This document shows positions 58,349-64,000 of a DNA stretch of 64,000 bases, piece by piece. The stretch's first letter is position 1. Each line of letters begins with the position of its first letter. A model generated the notes under the pieces. It was not told the origin of the DNA. It was given only the letters and a program-made list of their open reading frames with translations, and ran no database searches. Source of the DNA: Candidatus Kaiserbacteria bacterium (GTDB lineage: Bacteria > Patescibacteriota > Minisyncoccia > Phycocordibacterales > UBA918); assembly GCA_031430855.1 (NCBI GenBank), contig JANPCG010000012.1:496-64495 (forward strand), read 5' to 3'. Position numbers and translations under genes: made by a program.

Positions 58349-59737
58349 ATGACACTTGTATTACCTGTCGACTATCGTCGAGCCTTTAAAGACGCTGATA
58401 TTAGAGGTGTGTATCCCGAAGAAATTAACGAAGAGCTTGTCGAAGCGGTGGCGCGTGCTTTTGTGGAAGCCCATTCGTACAAAACGGTCGTTGTTGGTTG
58501 CGATATGCGTCTCTCGTCTCCTGTACTACATAAAGCTTTTATTGCGGGTGCACGAGCCTCCGGTGCGACGGTGATTGATATTGGTTTGGTTGCTACCCCG
58601 CAGCTTTACTTTGTTTCAGGTTCACAAAATCTCCCGGGAGTAATGATTACTGCATCGCACAGCCCAAAAGCTTATAACGGATTGAAGTTGGTACATCCAC
58701 AAGCCATCCCACTTACAAAACGGACTGGACTCAACGAAATTTTAAAATTGGTAAAACAAGGGACAAGAAAAGATTCAAAAATTCGAGGGGGACTTATGAA
58801 AAAAAATATCGACGGAGCGTACCAAAAATTTGTCTTTAAGGGAGTGAAGGCCAATCGATACAAAGGAATCACCGTGGCGACAGATATTGGAAACGGAATG
58901 GCTCATGATTTGATTCCGCTCATGCGAGAAAAGCTTGATATCCATTTCGACACCCTCTACTCAAAACTGGATGGTCGATTTCCGAATCGTGATTCTGATC
59001 CCAACTTACGTGAGAATCAAATTGACCTTGATAAAAAAATTGACACCGGTCATTATGATTTCGGAATTTCATTTGATGGTGATGCTGATCGGATTGCCTT
59101 TTTAGATGAGGCAGGAAATTACGTTAATAGTGCTGCAATTGGTGCATTGATTGCAAAGCGTATTCTTGCTCGAGAACCCAAAGCATTGATTGCAAGTACT
59201 AATTTAAATAGCCGGATTTATGATGAAACTATTCGCATCCATGGCGGTAAGGTTGTTATGGCGCGAACCGGTCACACGTTTGTAAAGGAAGCGATGCGAA
59301 AGCGTGAAGCGGTATTTGGGTGTGAGTACTCAGGACACTTTTTCTTTCGAGATTTTTTCTATACTGATTCCGTTGAACTAACCTTCCTCGAAGTAACAAA
59401 TGCCTACCTTGAAGCTAAAGCAGTGGGGCAGACATTTGGCGAGATGATGGCGCCGTATTTAGTGTATGCGCAAACTGAAGATATTGTGGTAAAAGTTGCT
59501 GATAAAGACGTGGCTATGGAAAAACTGTACCAGTATCTGGTTTCTCTTAACCCGAAAACACTTAAGAAATTTGATGGCTACTTTGTCGATTTTGGTGACG
59601 TGTGGGGAGCTGTGAAAATGAGTGTGACTGAATATGGCGTGAAGCTGATGTTTGAGTCATTCCAAAAATCAAAAGCCGTAAAACTCCAAAAACAAATCCG
59701 CACATTCGTTCAGTCAATCGCAAAAGACACCCAGTAA
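58349..59737 (+). CDS. Phosphomannomutase/phosphoglucomutase
   Basis: DIRG, ITASH, FDGDADR, E.SGHFFF. Confidence 0.93.
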   Translation: MTLVLPVDYRRAFKDADIRGVYPEEINEELVEAVARAFVEAHSYKTVVVGCDMRLSSPVLHKAFIAGARASGATVIDIGLVATPQLYFVSGSQNLPGVMITASHSPKAYNGLKLVHPQAIPLTKRTGLNEILKLVKQGTRKDSKIRGGLMKKNIDGAYQKFVFKGVKANRYKGITVATDIGNGMAHDLIPLMREKLDIHFDTLYSKLDGRFPNRDSDPNLRENQIDLDKKIDTGHYDFGISFDGDADRIAFLDEAGNYVNSAAIGALIAKRILAREPKALIASTNLNSRIYDETIRIHGGKVVMARTGHTFVKEAMRKREAVFGCEYSGHFFFRDFFYTDSVELTFLEVTNAYLEAKAVGQTFGEMMAPYLVYAQTEDIVVKVADKDVAMEKLYQYLVSLNPKTLKKFDGYFVDFGDVWGAVKMSVTEYGVKLMFESFQKSKAVKLQKQIRTFVQSIAKDTQ

Positions 59738-59750
59738 TGCGGCGGTATGA

Positions 59751-60005
59751 TTAAATAGAAAACTTTTGACGCCTTGAGGTAACTTTAGATACTGCTTCGT
59801 GTTTACTGCGGTCACCGTTTCTACTTTCTACCCGCTTTCTCCATCGGATATACGTTTTTGGTGATTGGTTTGTGTGCATAAATTGAATCACCTGATTTTC
59901 GGTGAGTCCCCACTCTCGGAAAATTGTTTCAAACGAAATGGTGTCACCCCAGGCCATAAGGATGATTTGCTCAATTTCTATATCAGTAAAAACTCGTTTC
60001 TTCAT
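59751..60005 (-). CDS. TIGR03643/DUF2805-like small protein
   Basis: II.MAW.D..SFE.I...WGL.E..VI..M......Y..WRKRV. Confidence 0.8.
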   Translation of the reverse strand: MKKRVFTDIEIEQIILMAWGDTISFETIFREWGLTENQVIQFMHTNQSPKTYIRWRKRVESRNGDRSKHEAVSKVTSRRQKFSI

Positions 60006-60042
60006 GTTCTCATTTTAGCGTAAATGTTGCTAGAATACTCGC

Positions 60043-60522
60043 ATGAGAAAACTTTGGAACCGACCAAATCAAGCCGTGTGGAGTTTGGCGACAACTGACC
60101 AAAATGAGGTAGGGAATATGAATATCTGCACCTATGTAAGTGCGGTATCTATGGAGCCAAAACTCATGATGGTGGCGGTATATCACAACACAAAAACCCA
60201 TGCGAACGTTATTGCTTGCAGACGAGCAGTGCTGCAGCTCCTTTCTGAAGACCTGGCTTCAGTCACAAAAGTATGCGGCCATCTTTCAGGTAATAGTGTC
60301 GATAAAGTTACACGACTCAAAAAACGTTTTCCCCTTAGTGATTGTAACGGAATTCCCTATTTTACTGGTTGCGTGGGGTATCTAGAGCTCGAGCTTCAAA
60401 AGCTTCTTCCGATTGACGGTGACCATGATCTCGCTATTTTTAACGTACTGAAGCATAAAAACTTACACGATACACCAATACTGACCACTGACTATATGCG
60501 GTCAAAAGGTTTGCTCCGCTAA
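60043..60522 (+). CDS. Flavin reductase-like protein
   Basis: VSMEP, T..N, G..SG..VDK, GDH. Confidence 0.88.
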   Translation: MRKLWNRPNQAVWSLATTDQNEVGNMNICTYVSAVSMEPKLMMVAVYHNTKTHANVIACRRAVLQLLSEDLASVTKVCGHLSGNSVDKVTRLKKRFPLSDCNGIPYFTGCVGYLELELQKLLPIDGDHDLAIFNVLKHKNLHDTPILTTDYMRSKGLLR

Positions 60523-60528
60523 ATGTCC

Positions 60529-61167
60529 CTATTCGATTGGAATCAAAATTTCATTACGAAGTGTGAGTGGCATGGTGATTGGGGGATTGTAGCGAGCTGT
60601 CTCAATTTCGCCCGCTACTGTTTGACCATCACGCGTGAGGTACTGTAGGAGCATAGCTTTTTTGACCTCAGTCCGGCTGGCAGTAGGGTACCAGGTGTAC
60701 CTGAGAACAGCTACTTTTCTAGCTGGGACGGCGATTAGTTTCACGGCTTCATTGTTTGGTTGGGGTAGAGTATCTAAGGTATATTTTGACGGTACCACAA
60801 ACGCTATGGTGCGGGTGGCATTACCGGTTGCTAATTCAAGTACTGGTACGGTCATGGCAATTTTTTCTGACCTATCAACAGTAGTACTTTCTAGTACCGG
60901 TGTCGTCATGGCAATACTTTCCCGTTTTGTATTATTACCAAAAATATAATCAGCGATAATTCGAAAGCCTTGATTGGTTGCTCGATCATAATCACCAGTC
61001 ACGGTGGTAGCCGCCATAATATAAGGCGCATACTTCCTGATTTCGTACCCGTCTCGTTTCTCAAGTACCGAATACGCTGGTTCCTCAATTGTCCAGATGA
61101 CTACATAACTTCCAATTGTCCACACCAAAAGTCCAATCAAGAGTGCGCCTAAAATGTAATAGTACAT
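60529..61167 (-). CDS. SOUL heme-binding family protein
   Basis: EEPAY.V, YEIRKY, GF..IADYIFGNN, IAMT.PV twice, YNPP, RNEI. Confidence 0.9.
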   Translation of the reverse strand: MYYYILGALLIGLLVWTIGSYVVIWTIEEPAYSVLEKRDGYEIRKYAPYIMAATTVTGDYDRATNQGFRIIADYIFGNNTKRESIAMTTPVLESTTVDRSEKIAMTVPVLELATGNATRTIAFVVPSKYTLDTLPQPNNEAVKLIAVPARKVAVLRYTWYPTASRTEVKKAMLLQYLTRDGQTVAGEIETARYNPPITMPLTLRNEILIPIE

Positions 61168-61259
61168 GTGAGTAGTATACTCCTAAATGAAAATATAGGT
61201 GTCGCACATAAAAAATTCTCAGAACGTAATAAAACACATCGCAATACGTCAAGTACAGT

Positions 61260-61823
61260 ATGATTAAAATTCTTTTTGGCCTGGCGGTGGTGTTGGCAGT
61301 ACTCGGCGGAGTGGCTCTCTATAATCGAGAAGGTACTTCCGCTGTTGAAAATACTAAAGTGGTAAATACTGTTCGTACTAAAGAAACTGGGTCAATGAGT
61401 AGAAATAGTACTGACGACGAAACGATGTCTGAATCGACCAGCAATCGTGTTGTGGTTGATTTAAGTAATACTGGTCTTACAAAAACGCCGATGGATATCT
61501 TTAGTAAAACGAGCACCGAAGAGCTTAATCTCTCAAAGAATGGTCTCGCCGGTTCGCTCCCTGCAGAAGTTCGCCTGTTACAGAATCTCAAGGTGCTTAA
61601 TTTAAGCAATAATCAGTTTACTGGAGTGCCTGCTGAAATTGGTCAGCTTGAGAATCTTGAGGTACTTGATCTTTCAAATAATAAAATTACAGGCTTACCT
61701 AATGAGCTCGGTAACTTAAGTAAATTAAAAATACTTAATTTAAAAGGGAACAACTATTCAGAAGCAGATCTTACTGGTATCAAATCTCGTTTACCAAAAA
61801 CGGCTGTGATTCTCGTTGATTAA
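61260..61823 (+). CDS. Membrane-anchored leucine-rich repeat protein
   Basis: LxxLxLxxNxxxGxPxExG repeats. Confidence 0.92.
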   Translation: MIKILFGLAVVLAVLGGVALYNREGTSAVENTKVVNTVRTKETGSMSRNSTDDETMSESTSNRVVVDLSNTGLTKTPMDIFSKTSTEELNLSKNGLAGSLPAEVRLLQNLKVLNLSNNQFTGVPAEIGQLENLEVLDLSNNKITGLPNELGNLSKLKILNLKGNNYSEADLTGIKSRLPKTAVILVD

Positions 61824-61833
61824 TTTTAATCAA

Positions 61834-62258
61834 CTAATTGTTAATAATTTGAACAATTTCCCCGGCCGCTACTTTTTCATGGGGCTGCATCGATAGTGAA
61901 GCAAGTTCATCGGTATACCAAAATGCAAAACCGCAGCCTTCGCTTAACTGAATCATTTTTAGTGGCCAGATAAATTCCGCGGTATATAGATAAAGCGGTA
62001 CCGTCTTTCCATCTTTTGTTGTGGTCGGTATCTCTGTAGCAAATTGTAATTGTTCGTCTGCTAGTATGATATTGAGCTCTTCAAGAATTTCTCGTTTTAT
62101 ACAAGTGGCGGGATTTTCTTTATTTTCAAGGCGCCCCCCAAATGGGGTCCATACATCAATACCTCGCCACCCGCGGTCTTTTTTTGAAGAAGTATTTGGG
62201 TGCCAAAGTCATCTCTACGATAAAAATAAATTGCTGCGTAGCCTAACATTGGATTCAT
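61834..62258 (-). pseudogene. Nudix hydrolase interrupted by a frameshift (not in ORF track)
   Basis: MNPMLGYAAIYF...ILLQK, then Nudix box FGGRLENKENPATCIKREILEEL in the -1 frame; break at the A7 run 62179-62185. Confidence 0.8.
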
Positions 62259-62298
62259 TAAGTACATTATATCCTTACCTCTTGCTAAGATAAATCTC

Positions 62299-62823
62299 CT
62301 AAGAATTATGGTTCACAAATTTCTTTTTAAATATGTACGTTACGATACTGGCACAAACTGAGCCGATAATTGCGCCAGCTACAATGTCCGAGAGGTAGTG
62401 AACGCCTGCAACTACTCGCGACAAAATGACAACTGTTGAAAGTAGCAATACGATCAAACCTAAACGCTTATCAAAAAAATATATTGCTGTTGCAAATGCA
62501 AATAATAACGTTGCATGTCCTGAAGGAAACGACCATTCATGAACAATAAAAAGGGGATGGATTTGGCTTGATTCGAGAAATGGCCGAGGGCGATTATAAA
62601 ACAAACGTATCGCTTCGGTAACTATTCCGCGAGCCACAAAAGTAGAGATACTAACACAGACTAAGACGAACATATTTCGCATCATTGAGCCTGAGAGTAA
62701 CCAAACAAAGGCAATTGCCACAATAATCCATGTTAAATATACGGCATTAAAATAAATCAATCCATCATAGAATGGAGAGAGGCCGAGGTAACTATTGAGT
62801 TTTAGCGCTATCGAGAGATCCAT
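62299..62823 (-). CDS. PAP2 family phosphatase (BcrC-like)
   Basis: RPRP, SFPSGH, SRV.AGVHY.SD. Confidence 0.92.
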   Translation of the reverse strand: MDLSIALKLNSYLGLSPFYDGLIYFNAVYLTWIIVAIAFVWLLSGSMMRNMFVLVCVSISTFVARGIVTEAIRLFYNRPRPFLESSQIHPLFIVHEWSFPSGHATLLFAFATAIYFFDKRLGLIVLLLSTVVILSRVVAGVHYLSDIVAGAIIGSVCASIVTYIFKKKFVNHNS

Positions 62824-63057
62824 GCGGTGAGTATACCAGGTTGTGCTGGATTCTATGCATTCGACACTATATTATAGCTCAATAAAATTTTTGGATACAA
62901 AAACCTAAAGAATCCGTGAATAGGGGACGATTATTGGTAAATTACAATTCAAATCAAAATACTCATTTTGGTTGCCAATCCTAAATAATGGAGTAGGATA
63001 CTCGCGGATACAGGTACTTAGTATCTGAGGCCTTTTCATCGCAAACAGGAGGAATCC

Positions 63058-64000
63058 ATGCGCTACATATCGACACGCGGTCAAGGAAAACCACTTTCGT
63101 TCAATGACGTCCTGCTGGCAGGTCTCGCGCCTGATGGTGGCCTCTATGTCCCCGAGGAATATCCTCAGCTGACATGGAAACACATCGAACAGATGAAGGG
63201 CTGGAGTTATCATCAAATCGCTTTCCATGTCATCAGAATGTATGTCGACAGGGCAGATATCAACGATACTGCTTTGCGGTTGCTCATTGAGCGTTCTTAC
63301 GATTCTCGTCTCTTCGGCAGTGCCGACATTACGCCGATCCAACCGCTTTCCAAAGGAGTGGGCTTGCTGAAACTATCGAACGGGCCTACCTTAGCGTTCA
63401 AGGATATTGCCCTGCAACTTGTTGCAAACCTGATGGACCATGTCCTTCAGGAGCGTGACGAGTACCTCAACATCCTTGGTGCGACCTCTGGCGACACTGG
63501 TTCAGCGGCAGAAGAGGCAGTACGCGGTCGGGAACGGCTCCGTATTTTCATGCTTTCGCCATTTGGACGAATGACACCGTTTCAGCAGATGCAGATGTAC
63601 CGGATCGATGACCTGGCCGTCTTCAACCTGGTTGCAAACGGCAATTTTGACGATTGTCAGACGGCGGTGAAGCTGGTGAATAGCGACGCCAACTTCAAAA
63701 CCAAGTATTCGATTGGTGCCGTGAACTCAATCAACTGGGCGCGTGTCATGGCCCAGGTTGTCTACTACATCTACGGATACACGAGGGTGATGACCGATCC
63801 GTGCGAAACTCTGACAATAGCGGTGCCGTCGGGTAACTTCGGCAATGCGCTCGCTGCTTATGTGGCGGGCAAGATGGGGCTTCGTATCAACGTCGTCGTG
63901 GCCACCAATAAGAACGATGTGCTTCATGAGTTCTTCAAGCACGGAGTATATCGGGTACGAAAAGGCGACGAGGTTAAAGCGACATTCAGTCCTTCCATGG
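63058..64000 (+). CDS. thrC: Threonine synthase (runs off window end)
   Basis: MRYISTRG, GLAPDGGLYVP, GPTLAFKD, ATSGDTG, NSINWAR, VPSGNFG; AGGAGG SD. Confidence 0.95.
   Translation, partial: MRYISTRGQGKPLSFNDVLLAGLAPDGGLYVPEEYPQLTWKHIEQMKGWSYHQIAFHVIRMYVDRADINDTALRLLIERSYDSRLFGSADITPIQPLSKGVGLLKLSNGPTLAFKDIALQLVANLMDHVLQERDEYLNILGATSGDTGSAAEEAVRGRERLRIFMLSPFGRMTPFQQMQMYRIDDLAVFNLVANGNFDDCQTAVKLVNSDANFKTKYSIGAVNSINWARVMAQVVYYIYGYTRVMTDPCETLTIAVPSGNFGNALAAYVAGKMGLRINVVVATNKNDVLHEFFKHGVYRVRKGDEVKATFSPSM

Noticed and set aside
62905-63942. Minus-strand ORFs 62905-63342 and 63727-63942
   Set aside because: Antisense to thrC
1-64000. Alternative genetic code (UGA read as Gly)
   Set aside because: Conserved genes translate full length in code 11, and some end in TGA (e.g. 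17759, 52770)

Overview
The window is chromosomal DNA from around the replication origin of a small-genome bacterium. Gene content and style suggest Patescibacteria/CPR, Parcubacteria-like (inference). Core genes include yidC-rnpA-rpmH, dnaA-dnaN with DnaA boxes, PBP1A, ruvABC, polA, holA, type IV pilus genes and rplS, plus six intact tRNAs; many genes look leaderless. Main points of interest: (1) A ~14.4 kb island (24730-39098) is inserted at the 3' end of tRNA-Ser by a large serine recombinase. It carries a type I restriction-modification operon with a CD-NTase(SMODS)+AGS-C gene and a 1-TM partner gene between hsdM and hsdS. (2) A family of modular, covarying hairpin elements follows five tRNAs. 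Three of them contain an antisense copy of their own tRNA's 3' end and then a sense decoy copy. (3) A tRNA-Arg(UCU) split by hairpin insertions has an intact tRNA-Arg(UCU) nested inside it. Minor points are two genes broken at A7 runs, a C4-like cloverleaf leader and a probably acquired thrC. All calls come from reading the sequence and recognising motifs; no database searches were run.
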